64,000 nucleotides of DNA from Nitrospinaceae bacterium (GTDB lineage Bacteria > Nitrospinota > Nitrospinia > Nitrospinales > Nitrospinaceae): the NCBI GenBank assembly GCA_965237905.1, contig OZ250172.1:2976001-3040000 (forward strand), written 5' to 3'. A program made the translations under genes and the position numbers. A model generated the notes under the pieces. That model did no database searches and was not told the DNA's origin. It saw only the letters and a list, made by a program, of their open reading frames with translations. How positions within the stretch are numbered: position 1 is the stretch's first letter; every line of letters starts with the position of its first letter. Of this stretch, positions 21,127 through 31,300 are shown piece by piece.

Positions 21127-21330
21127 AGGAAGAATCCCCCCGGCCCCCTTTACAAGGGGGAGCCAAAGCAAAAATCTCCTCTCCCCTCATGGGGAGCACC
21201 CACGGGGTGACGGATTAAGGTGTGCCAGCGTAACGCTGGACTTAATATATCCTCCCCTTACCAAGGGGAGGACTGAGGAGGGGTTATGATAACCTCCCCT
21301 GTATCCCCTCCTTAGTTAGTAAGGAGGGGA
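21127..21330. repeat. Cluster of GC-rich palindromic REP-like repeats
   Basis: cccccttt-ac-aaggggg, ctcccc-tcat-ggggag, ccagcgt-a-acgctgg, cctcccctt-acc-aaggggagg and cccctcctta...taaggagggg; units recur at 26392-26427 and 62396-62630. Confidence 0.75.
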
Positions 21331-21462
21331 GTCATTATAGCGGCATCTTTCTTTTATGCTTACGCAAAGGCCCCCTGTTGAACGCGGTGACCGAAAGCAT
21401 TATTATGTCTCTACTATGAAATATCAACGGTCAAATCAGATGAGGAAGGGAAGGGTGGACTC

Positions 21463-22206
21463 ATGACACCCAAGACCCGTCTTTCGCAGATGATTCTCGA
21501 GGGACGCTACCAGCCGGGTGCGTCCCTTCTGCACCGGATGAGGCCGTCTCTTAAGCTCATTATAGTGCTCACACTTTTTCTTCTCGCTTCGTGGGGCCAT
21601 TTAGAAGTTCTGTGCGGATTGATGCTGGTTTGCCTGTTGGCGATGGCGTTGGCGCAGGTTCCGTTCAAAACGGTCGGGATGATGGTTTATGCGTTTCGCT
21701 GGTTGTTCCTGATCCTCGGGCTGTTTCCCTTGTTCACCACACCCGGCGCATCGGTTGAGGGGTTGGCGTTTCTGCCGTTTACCATTTCCTGGGAAGGGTG
21801 TCAGGCGGGATTGGAGTCGTTCCTGAAACTACTGGAAATGTTTTTCCTGTCGCTGATCCTGGTCCGCACCACCTCTCCCCAGGCGTTGATGAATACTTTG
21901 CAAAAAGCGGTCATCATCAAAAATCAAAGATGGAAAAAAACCGTTCAGGAATTTTTCATGACCGGGTTGTGGGCCGTGCAACTAATCCCGATGCTCTGCG
22001 TGGAAGCGGAAACATTTGTATTAAGTCGACTCGAGGAAGAAAATAAAAGTAAAAAATCCGGACTCAAAAAAGCCTGGCGCGCCGCCTCCCAATTGGGTCC
22101 GCTCATGGCGCACCTGTTCAAGCAGATGGACGAGTGGGAACCGGAGTTAACCGGCAACCAAAACTGGAACGACTGGCAACCGGGGGTAACGGATGTTGCT
22201 CAATGA
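21463..22206 (+). CDS. ECF transporter T component (EcfT/CbiQ family)
   Basis: GRYQPGASLLHRMRPSLKL, TM helices, LVRTTSP; no A or S components adjacent. Confidence 0.8.
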   Translation: MTPKTRLSQMILEGRYQPGASLLHRMRPSLKLIIVLTLFLLASWGHLEVLCGLMLVCLLAMALAQVPFKTVGMMVYAFRWLFLILGLFPLFTTPGASVEGLAFLPFTISWEGCQAGLESFLKLLEMFFLSLILVRTTSPQALMNTLQKAVIIKNQRWKKTVQEFFMTGLWAVQLIPMLCVEAETFVLSRLEEENKSKKSGLKKAWRAASQLGPLMAHLFKQMDEWEPELTGNQNWNDWQPGVTDVAQ

Positions 22207-22315
22207 TTACTTGATTTGCGGATCACTTCTGCTTGCCGATATTGTCGATATATGGTAGGTTTGGGCCAAAATCACTCCATGTATTTAAAGCCGTGCCAAC
22301 AGGTATGAGCTAACT

Positions 22316-22786
22316 ATGGGAGGGCTCATGACAACCAATAAATTTCTCGGGGCGGGGTTTGCCTCCCTCGGCATTCTTGTGGGAAGTGTATCCGGCCTCA
22401 GTAGCGCCAAACTCACGACGACTTTACTGGGCTTGCTATTTGCATTGATCGGCGGATCAGTCATCGCTTTCATTCAGAAGCTCGATGATTCTTCCCGCCG
22501 CGCTGCCGGTGTGTCTTTGCTGGCATTTTCACTGGCCGCCACGGTGGGTATTTATATCGGCCTGACGGTTCGGATCAATGACATGTTGCGAATAGGTCAA
22601 CCAGTTGTCGTCGCGTCTCAACTCGGTCAGGCTGATAAACCGGCTGTCGTTCCGTCCCGGCCCAGTCAGGACGACTATCTGAAAGGTTTGCGTACCGATA
22701 AGACCGCGTTTCTACAGGCACAGATCATCAGGGGTGAGATGCAACTGCGAGACGCCTGCAACGCTTTGGCTCAAAAACCGGAGTAA
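22316..22786 (+). CDS. Hypothetical membrane protein (about 3 TM)
   Basis: Three hydrophobic segments; 4 nt upstream of the protease gene. Confidence 0.6.
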   Translation: MGGLMTTNKFLGAGFASLGILVGSVSGLSSAKLTTTLLGLLFALIGGSVIAFIQKLDDSSRRAAGVSLLAFSLAATVGIYIGLTVRINDMLRIGQPVVVASQLGQADKPAVVPSRPSQDDYLKGLRTDKTAFLQAQIIRGEMQLRDACNALAQKPE

Positions 22787-22790
22787 CTTT

Positions 22791-24722
22791 ATGAAACTGT
22801 ATAGCCGCTGGCTGTCCACCGGCTTGCTGTTGGCCAGCTTGATTCTCGCACAAGGGAACCTACAGGCGGCCCCGCCACTTAAAGAACAGGCTATCGTACG
22901 CATTGCCGCCACCCTCCACGACGGCACAGTCGAACAGGGCACAGGATTCATAGCATCCCAAGACGGGCTTGTGGCAACGGCTTATCACGTGATACATGGG
23001 GCGAGGAAGATTGATATCTTCGCAGGCGGCAAGCCTCACGAAAATGTCACCGTTGTCGCGGTGCGCCCGCTGACCGATCTGGCCCTGCTCAGAATTCCGG
23101 TGCAGACCGCCGGCACATATTATCCGCTCGCTGCTTCACCTTCCATGGGAACACCCGGCGACGAACTCTATGTGCAAGGAATGGCACTCGGATTTCCACA
23201 CCAAACCCTGATCGGGCATCGTACGCAGAAAGGCTATCTCGTTTCACAGTTATGGACTCTAGGCTCAAAAGACAGCATTTTCTTGAGCACGAATCTTAGA
23301 CTCTTACCCATTGATATCACCGCCGAACCGGGACTGAGCGGAGGCCCTGTGGTCGACCATTCCGGTAATGTCGTGGCTGTGTTCTCAGGCAGCTTGCGCC
23401 GTGGGCGCGGTTATTCCTGGGCGATACCCGTGGATTATCTGTCTTTAAAAGATATGACACTGCTAAATAGCCGGGCTGGACAAATAACCTGGGGACAATT
23501 TCGCTTCATCCGGGCAGGGCTGAATTTCCTCCGGGCACTCGCAGTTCCCGGAACCCAACAACTCTGGCAGAGATGCCGGATGCAGGCCAACAAGCTCTCC
23601 TCTAACTGGGAAGAGTTTTATACAACCATGGTTCAACTTAACGTGCCCTTAATGCTCTACAAACCGGTGTTTGAATCGACACGGCGCAACCTCACACGGA
23701 AGAACGCCAAGCAACATAAACTACGTTTGAAGACAGCGTTCAATACAATTTTAGAGAGTCTGGTGAAGACAGAGCCCCCAAACCAGGCGTTTCAGAAGTC
23801 GCTAAGCGGGATGCCGGCGATTTGTTTTGGCGAAGCCATGCTGCGTAGTCTCCCCGCAGGAACGACGCCGGCAACCTATCGGAACCTCCTAACCTCCATG
23901 CGTTTCGGTAGACGCGTTGATGAGATCAACACCCATTTCACAGCAGTCGAAAGCGAATATCAGGTGTTGGAACGCAGGTTGACACCCATCATGGAAAAAT
24001 TGCTCGATCATAGTGCCAGGCTTGACCAAAACCTCAGCGACTACAACCTGGTACTCGAACTCATTGAATTCAGGAATACAATCGAAGACGTGGCCAAGCA
24101 GGCAACCTCCATCGAACAGTTACGCATAATTGGACATCTCGTCAACAGCGGGCTGGAGAGTGCAGAATTTCTACAGCGTGTGGCAATACAAACCTGGGAG
24201 GGTAAACATCTTAAATACGACCAAATGGAGAGAGGTTTCCAGGCAACCCTCACAGACGGCTGGCTGCCCTTCGATACAACCCTGCGCCAAGCTGTTATAC
24301 GCCCCGGTGCGTCAATGCCGCAAAGCGTAGATGCCATCTACTTCGGCACCATCGACGACCATCTGCCACGTGCCATAGCTAAATTAAGTAATAAACACAC
24401 CAACTCCACGCCATCGACCAACGCGAGCGCCTCGCAACTTGTCCCTTACTGGCAGGAGCTGGATCGTCAGATGAACGCCTATGCCCTCCGGGAGAGACTG
24501 CTTCTACGGGACAGAAAAAAAACCCGAGCCAAGTTGCACGGGGATCTGGTGCTGGAGATTACCGCAGCCAGCCAAGTAAAAGGCAAGAACATCACCGTTT
24601 ACGTGGGACAGCGGTTTCACAATCGAAAGGTGGCGCAAATTTCTTGCTCAGTACTCCGCACGAACCTCGACAATCACAAACTTTGCTGGAAACTGATCGA
24701 AAATATTAAATTCCTGAATTAA
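22791..24722 (+). CDS. Exported trypsin-like (S1) serine protease with long unassigned C-terminal region
   Basis: Signal peptide; GTGF, ATAYHV (His), TDLALL (Asp), PGLSGGP (Ser). Confidence 0.8.
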   Translation: MKLYSRWLSTGLLLASLILAQGNLQAAPPLKEQAIVRIAATLHDGTVEQGTGFIASQDGLVATAYHVIHGARKIDIFAGGKPHENVTVVAVRPLTDLALLRIPVQTAGTYYPLAASPSMGTPGDELYVQGMALGFPHQTLIGHRTQKGYLVSQLWTLGSKDSIFLSTNLRLLPIDITAEPGLSGGPVVDHSGNVVAVFSGSLRRGRGYSWAIPVDYLSLKDMTLLNSRAGQITWGQFRFIRAGLNFLRALAVPGTQQLWQRCRMQANKLSSNWEEFYTTMVQLNVPLMLYKPVFESTRRNLTRKNAKQHKLRLKTAFNTILESLVKTEPPNQAFQKSLSGMPAICFGEAMLRSLPAGTTPATYRNLLTSMRFGRRVDEINTHFTAVESEYQVLERRLTPIMEKLLDHSARLDQNLSDYNLVLELIEFRNTIEDVAKQATSIEQLRIIGHLVNSGLESAEFLQRVAIQTWEGKHLKYDQMERGFQATLTDGWLPFDTTLRQAVIRPGASMPQSVDAIYFGTIDDHLPRAIAKLSNKHTNSTPSTNASASQLVPYWQELDRQMNAYALRERLLLRDRKKTRAKLHGDLVLEITAASQVKGKNITVYVGQRFHNRKVAQISCSVLRTNLDNHKLCWKLIENIKFLN

Positions 24723-24754
24723 ACGTACAAGGAGACTTTGGGAATACTGACTCG

Positions 24755-24843
24755 TCACGCTGGGCGGTGGAGGCCGCACTCTTTGTGGTCGGGGTTTCCC
24801 CACCACCAGCGTCCAGTCGGCTATCAGGTTGACCTTTATCAAG
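24755..24843 (-). pseudogene. Remnant duplicate of the cysH 3' end with internal deletion
   Basis: Reads LIKVNLIADWT / RWWWGNPDHKECGLHRPA* and matches cysH at about 25865-25900 and 25690-25736, joined at a CCAGCG microhomology. Confidence 0.85.
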
Positions 24844-24856
24844 TAGGTCAGTTAGG

Positions 24857-25654
24857 CTAAGGAAGTTGATGGGTCAATACTTTTTGTGCCGGATCTTGTC
24901 GATAGAAATCCTGTAAAACCTGATAAAGTTTTGGATGATGGTGTTTCATGTTTTCGGGATTACTAAAGAAATTTTCAGTCACCACCGCGAAAAACTCAGC
25001 TTCATTGGTTGCCGCATAACTGTCAAAAAAAGTTGGCTGACCGTCTTCCACCTTGTCGCATAGCTCAAAATACTCTTGGGAACATACTTCACTCCACTGC
25101 TGATATTCCTCAGGAGTTGCTAGTGGCGGGGTGCCGTCTGCACTGCCATCGAGCATGTCCAGTTTATGAGCGAATTCGTGATAGACAACATTATGACCGT
25201 GTTCCGGATGCCGGGTTTCTCTTTTTACCGCATCCCAGACGAGTATCACCGGGCCACCACGATGGTGGGCTTCGCCGAGAATGGGCATCGGGCCCCGCGC
25301 TGGGGCAGTGCTAACGTCAAAAAAACCGAGTGGTCTCTCAGGAGACAAGACGGTTGAAGGATACACATAAATGGATTCCACATTGTGGTAATAATCGTTT
25401 GGCAACGCGAGTATCAGCAGGCACGCATGGGCGGCGATCATGACGCGAATTTCATCCGTCAATTCGAGGCCATCGCACCCCAACCAGTGCTTTTCGGCAA
25501 TAAAGATTTGGATAAGGTCCTGCAAACGCTTTTTTTCTTCATTGTTGAGGTGTTGGTAATATGGAATGTTATTTTGGATGTGCCTCTCCCACTCGCTTGG
25601 GAAAGGAACGGCCAGTATTTTTTTTCGCCGCCTCTCACGAAACCAATTCCACAT
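24857..25654 (-). CDS. Zinc-dependent peptidase M90 (MtfA-like)
   Basis: NVVYHEFAHKLDMLDG..DGTPPL, YAATNEAEFFAVVTENFF; start MWNWF. Confidence 0.9.
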   Translation of the reverse strand: MWNWFRERRRKKILAVPFPSEWERHIQNNIPYYQHLNNEEKKRLQDLIQIFIAEKHWLGCDGLELTDEIRVMIAAHACLLILALPNDYYHNVESIYVYPSTVLSPERPLGFFDVSTAPARGPMPILGEAHHRGGPVILVWDAVKRETRHPEHGHNVVYHEFAHKLDMLDGSADGTPPLATPEEYQQWSEVCSQEYFELCDKVEDGQPTFFDSYAATNEAEFFAVVTENFFSNPENMKHHHPKLYQVLQDFYRQDPAQKVLTHQLP

Positions 25655-25679
25655 AAAATTTAACCTCTTTTGAGCTGAT

Positions 25680-26369
25680 TCAGGGGGCCTGGTGAAGGCC
25701 GCATTCTTTGTGGTCGGGGTTTTCCCACCACCAGCGGCCGGCGCGAATATCCTCTCCCGCTTCGATGGGTCGTGTGCAGGGGGCGCAGCCGATACTCGGA
25801 TAGTTTTGTTTGTGGAGCGGGTTGACGGGAACCTTGTTCTTTTCGACATAGTCCTGAACCTGTTCCAGCGTCCAGTCGGCAATCGGGTTGATCTTGATCA
25901 GGGGAGGGCGGTCAGCATCCTCACTCACCTTGGGAATGTCCGTGCGCGTGACGTTCTGATCCCTGCGGATACCGGTAATCCATGCGTCCAGATTGGACAG
26001 CGCCCGCGTTAACGGTTCCACCTTGCGGATGGCGCAACATTCCTTCCGGTTCTCCAGGCTTTCCTTGAACGAGTGAAATCCCTTTTCGCGTTCCAGTCGT
26101 TCGACGTCTTCACTTTTAGGGAAATAGGATTGGATGGCAATGCCGTAGTGGCTTCGTGTCCGGTCCACGGTGAGGTAGGTTTCCTCGTGGAGCCGCCCGG
26201 TATCCAGGGTGAACACCGTAAACTGTTTGGTGATTTTGGACGCCATATCGATCAGCACCATATCCTCCAGGCCAAAACTCGACGCTATTCCTACGCGGGT
26301 TCCAAACTGCTCAAAGGCCCACTCCAGGATTTCCTGGGGGGATTTCGATTCAAAACGGCTGTAATCCAT
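25680..26369 (-). CDS. cysH: Adenylyl-sulfate / PAPS reductase ([4Fe-4S]-type)
   Basis: LDTGRLH, ECCAIRKVEPL, WITGIRRDQ, YPSIGCAPCT, RAGRWWWE, KECGLH. Confidence 0.95.
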   Translation of the reverse strand: MDYSRFESKSPQEILEWAFEQFGTRVGIASSFGLEDMVLIDMASKITKQFTVFTLDTGRLHEETYLTVDRTRSHYGIAIQSYFPKSEDVERLEREKGFHSFKESLENRKECCAIRKVEPLTRALSNLDAWITGIRRDQNVTRTDIPKVSEDADRPPLIKINPIADWTLEQVQDYVEKNKVPVNPLHKQNYPSIGCAPCTRPIEAGEDIRAGRWWWENPDHKECGLHQAP

Positions 26370-26391
26370 CAAAATGCTCCTGTAAAAACAG

Positions 26392-26427
26392 AGGAAGAAT
26401 CCCCCCGGCCCCCTTTACAAGGGGGAG
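26392..26427. repeat. 36-bp REP-like unit identical to 21127-21162
   Basis: aggaagaatccccccggccccctttacaagggggag at both sites. Confidence 0.85.
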
Positions 26428-26886
26428 ATTATAACCTTCTCTTCCCAAAATACGCATATTTGGAGGACTTTCATCCAAACTACAAGTATTACACAACCCC
26501 GACCGGGGTCCAAGCGGCAGGAGCTTGTTTATCAACAAATAACCCCATTTGCAACCCGGATTTTTAGGTTGACAGGGGAGGGCTTTACGATATATAAGGT
26601 GGCTCCATGAGCCTTAAAAGGTGATTTTTAAGGGATTTTGGAAGGATCGATTGAATTCTATTTATTTGAAATAATGGGTTCTTTTTGAATTTTAATATTT
26701 CCGGTGAGGCCGATGAGGATTGCCGGTTAGATGTTGGTATTTTTTGGTTTTGCCCGGTGGAATCCAAGTGCTGGAGCCGTTGTTTCGGGGATGGGAGGAT
26801 TCTTGGAGGCACCTTGATGAATAAGCGTGTTTTCAGTGACGGATTGACTTACAATGCAGGCCAGAATCCTTTATAGAACCTCGATT

Positions 26887-28257
26887 ATGAATAACCGCTT
26901 GTTCTCAAAGTTTGTTTCAGCTTGGGTCTTCTGTTTATGCCTGGTGTTTGCATCCGGTATGAATGCAGGCCATTCGGCAAAGGGGCTAAAACTTCTCGAA
27001 GAAGTAGAGGAAGGTTTTGTCGGCCTGGCAGAACACACCTTGCCTTCGGTCGTTAATATTTCCCCTTACGTTCCGCCATCGCCATCCGTACGTCGCCAAA
27101 GTGATCCTAATCGTTCCCGACCTACCAATGCCGGCGCAGGCGTCATCATTGACGGGGTGAATGGTTATATCGTGACCAACAGTCATGTGGTACGTCAGTC
27201 TCAAAAAGTGCAGATTCTTTTTTATAGTGGCGAGGAACGGGTCGGGCAGGTTTTGGGTGTCGACGAAGAGACAGACCTGGCGGTCATTAAGGTGGAATCA
27301 TCCAAGCCATTACCCTCGGTTTCGCTAGGCGATTCCTCCAAGTTGAAAGTCGGACAGTTTGTTGTGGCGATAGGGAATCCCTATGGCTTGCATGATACAT
27401 TCAGTTTTGGAGTGATCAGCGGGCTGAACCGGGAAAATGTCAATATTTCCCGGTATGAGGACTTTATCCAGACGGATGCCTCCATCAACCCCGGAAATAG
27501 TGGTGGACCCCTCCTGAATATTCGAGGGGAGGTTGTTGGGATCAATACCGCGATCATCAATTATGCCCAAAGCATTGGGTTCGCGATCCCGGCCAATATT
27601 GTTAAGAACGTCGCTCAACAGATCATTGAAAACGGATCGGTCAATCGAGGCTGGCTGGGTGTGGGTATCGAGTATCTCCCTGAAGATGTCGCTAAGAATG
27701 CCAACATCGGAAAAGGGGATGGGGTTTTGGTGAACTCGGTGTTTGAGAAACAACCTGCGCATCAGGCGGGAATCAAGGTCGGGGACATCATCCTGAAGAT
27801 TGGCGGCGCCACGGTGAACTCTCCAAATTCCATGATTCGGCTTATTGGCAATGTTTCCCCCGGGCAGTTTATCAATCTGGATGTTCTCAGAAATGGCGAA
27901 CATAAGACTTTTGCTGTCCGGCTGGCCCGGAAGGAAGAACCCAGACAGCAACTTGCCGCTTTGGGAAAAAAGGAGTCGCCTCAATTGGGTTTGATTTGGG
28001 AGGATTTGAATGAAGCGGCTTCCCAAGCCCAGGAATCTGACCTTAAACAAGGGGTGCGGGTGATCCAGGTCCTTCCACACAGCGAAGCTGAAAAGGAAGG
28101 CATCCGGCAAGGGGACGTGATTACCGCGGTCAATGGGAAACAGATAGTCAGTAAAAAGGAGTTTGAGGATTTTCTCCAGAAGAGTTCCCATGAGAGAACT
28201 CTTTCCCTTTTGGTTGACCGGGACAACGTATCGATCCTATTTAATTTGAATAAATAA
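26887..28257 (+). CDS. DegP/HtrA serine protease with two PDZ domains
   Basis: VTNSHVV, TDLAVIK, IQTDASINPGNSGGPL, RGWLGV; two PDZ domains. Confidence 0.95.
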   Translation: MNNRLFSKFVSAWVFCLCLVFASGMNAGHSAKGLKLLEEVEEGFVGLAEHTLPSVVNISPYVPPSPSVRRQSDPNRSRPTNAGAGVIIDGVNGYIVTNSHVVRQSQKVQILFYSGEERVGQVLGVDEETDLAVIKVESSKPLPSVSLGDSSKLKVGQFVVAIGNPYGLHDTFSFGVISGLNRENVNISRYEDFIQTDASINPGNSGGPLLNIRGEVVGINTAIINYAQSIGFAIPANIVKNVAQQIIENGSVNRGWLGVGIEYLPEDVAKNANIGKGDGVLVNSVFEKQPAHQAGIKVGDIILKIGGATVNSPNSMIRLIGNVSPGQFINLDVLRNGEHKTFAVRLARKEEPRQQLAALGKKESPQLGLIWEDLNEAASQAQESDLKQGVRVIQVLPHSEAEKEGIRQGDVITAVNGKQIVSKKEFEDFLQKSSHERTLSLLVDRDNVSILFNLNK

Positions 28258-28386
28258 AGTTAGTAATTAATCGAATTAATTTTGAAGAAACTTGGTTTTA
28301 ACTTATTAAGGATGGAAAACGGTTTGGCAATGGCGGTTTTCCAATATCCGATCATTTTTTTACTAGAAAATTTCTAGGGAGGTTTT

Positions 28387-31300
28387 ATGGCTACAAGCAG
28401 AAATCACATTTTGCAGGTGTTGATCTTAATGGCGCTGACCGTTGTGTTGGGCCTGGGCACTGCATTCGCTTCTTCGAGTCACGAGGGCCATCACGGCTCT
28501 CCGGTAGACCGTCCGGTGTGGTTGGATAAACTGGAAAACCAGATCGACTACGAAGAGATGATGGAAGGCAAACAAGGCGATCAGGAACGCCTGAACAAGA
28601 CCTACAGGGGTCTGATGGACCGCCTGAAGGGGAAATTGATGGAACATGCCAGCCCGGCTTCCACCGGTGGCGGGTTTCATAATTCCTGGGCCGCCCATCA
28701 GCTTCAACAGGGTTATCTGCTTGGGCCAACGGAAGTCGCCGATCAGGTGTTCCGAGGCGCCCATTGTCCCGCCGGCGTTCCCACCAAAATCTATGATATC
28801 TCCGCGATCAATGTTGAGATCACGCTCAACCAGTGGGGCGATTATTTTCCGGGCTACATGTACGTTCTGACCAAGAATATCCCAAAGGTCAGAGACGAAG
28901 AGAAACGCAATGCCAAAGCCCGTGCAGACGCGCTGGACCCCGGAGCTGTTACCAATGGATTGCAGGGCGATGCCATTCAACCATTTGTGATCCGCGCTAA
29001 CCAGGGCGAATGTGTTCGCATTAAATTTCATAACGCATTGGAAGATGAAGACGCCGGTTTTCAGATCAACGGTTCCGCCATGATCATCAGCAAAACCGGT
29101 GCTCCCAACACCGCGGCTTCCAAAGGCTCCATTGTTCCCAGCGAAGAGTCCCAGGAATTTGAATGGTACATTCCGGTGGACGAGCAGGAAGGCGGTCACG
29201 TCATCGTCAGTCATGCCGGCCGCGATCCGCAGGCGTTGGGTCTGGTCGGTGTGTTTATTGTGGAACCGCGTGGTTCGAAGTATCTCGATCCGTGGACGGG
29301 TCAGGGTTTGGAAAGCGGCTGGATGGTCATGATCGCCAACGATGACCAGAAGGATTTCCGTGAATTTGTCATAATCTATCATGAAGTGGGCGACGAATCC
29401 TTCCGTCCCTTGAACCGTCACGGCGAAATGATTCCCCAGCGCGATCCGCAGACCGATGCCTACCGGCCTTCGGCCCGGGCGATAAACTTCCGCAGTGAGC
29501 CGTTCGGGATCAACAACCTGGCGGTGCAGGAGAAGATGTATCATTTCGAAGACGAGTCGCTGGCGTACAGTTCTTATACGTTCGGTGATGCGCCCACCAC
29601 GATCCCCCGTTCCTACATGGGCGATCCGGCAAAGTTCCGCCTGATTCACGGCGGCGGCGAGGTGTTCCATTCGCACCATCCGCATGGCGGAACCATTCGC
29701 TGGACGCGTTCTCCGAAACGGGAGCCGGGAATTGAAAACTTGATCACGGCGGCCTACGACGGTCCGGTGAAGTATCCGGTGGTTCGAACGACCACCGACC
29801 GCGTAGACGTGCAAGTTATCGGTCCGGCTGAAGCGATTGACCTCGAAACGGAATGCGGTTCCGGTCTGTGTCAGAAGCTGGCAGGTGATTTCCTATTCCA
29901 TTGTCATGTCGCGCATCACTATGTCGCCGGCATGTGGGGCTACTGGCGCGTGTACAACACCATCCAAAATGGCAACTATCCGCACGGCAGTACCGACATC
30001 ATGCGGCCTTTGAAGGAGCTTCCGGACCGGAAAGGATATATTCCAAAAGGTGTCAGCTCCGACAAGCTGGTCGGCAAAACCATGAACTGGTACGGCAAGA
30101 AGTTCAAGATTGTCGACAAAGGCAATAGTAAATGGAACCGGGATAATCCTATAGTTCACATCAAATCCTGGGTGAAGTATATGTTGCCGCCGAAAGGTCA
30201 GCCGGGTCACACGTCCGACGAGAAGAAGCAGATTCTTTCGTACGACGGCACGGTTTGGGATTACGCCTGGAAAGGTAACAGGGCGATGTCCGAACGGGAA
30301 ATCAGCTTCCCGATGGCGAAGTTCAAAGCGCCGCATCCGGGCAAGCGTCATCCCCTCCAGTTCCACCCGACCAATGGCAAGCTGGCATGGCCTCACATGA
30401 CGCCGCATTTTGGCAAACGGGTTCCGTTTGCGCGTCATCATGGTGGTGCTCCCTGGCTGGAGCCGTTTCACTTGCTGCCGGATCCTGGAATCATTACGAA
30501 GACCGAGTCCGGCAGTGGGCGTTCCAATGCCCGCATGGAGAATTCCTCTCCCGCCAAACCCGGTGCGCATGGTCGTTGGAGTTTATGTCCAGCAGGTGCG
30601 GGTCGGAAGCAGTACAACCTGCATTTCATCAACACACCGATTCAATTGTCGGGGGCTTATGGCAAGACCAAGCCGGTTATAGACAAGTACGGTCTGATTT
30701 ACGTGATCGACGAGGATATGAAGGCGGTCAAGAAGGACCCAAAAAAGGCCTTGCCTCTGGTCATTCGCGCCAATGTCTATGACTGTGTCGATGTGTTGTT
30801 GACGAGTGAATGGAATGACGATGATTTCACGAACTTCCAGATGTCGAAGATCAATATTCATCCTCATTTTTTCCAGTTCGATAACCAATCGTCGGATGGC
30901 GTCATCACTGGTTTCTCTTATGACCAGTCGATGCGTTCCTACCGGCAGTTCGATAAAAAGATGAAGAAGGGCCATCATGTAGGCATGCCGGTTCCGATGA
31001 ACGCGAAAGTGTTGAGCAACACCAAGCGTGGGTCGAAAACGGTCAAGCTCAAGATGGCTCATCATGCAACGCCGTTCCATGTAGGTGCCGATATCATAGT
31101 TGGTATTGAGCGGCCCAATGGTAAGGATGCGCGTTGGGTCAAGTCGATGAAACCGGCTCCCGGCAAAGCGAAGGACGGGGTGTACACGATCACCTTTACC
31201 GAGGGCATGACCCATGCTCATAAGAAGGGCGAAATCGTGAGCGCTGAGTTCGTTCGTTATCGCTGGTGGGTGGATGCGGATGTCGGGCTGGTGTTCTGGC

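Noticed and set aside
21127..21330. CRISPR array, tRNA or riboswitch
   Set aside because: No regularly spaced identical repeats, cloverleaf or recognisable riboswitch core; better explained as REP-like hairpins.
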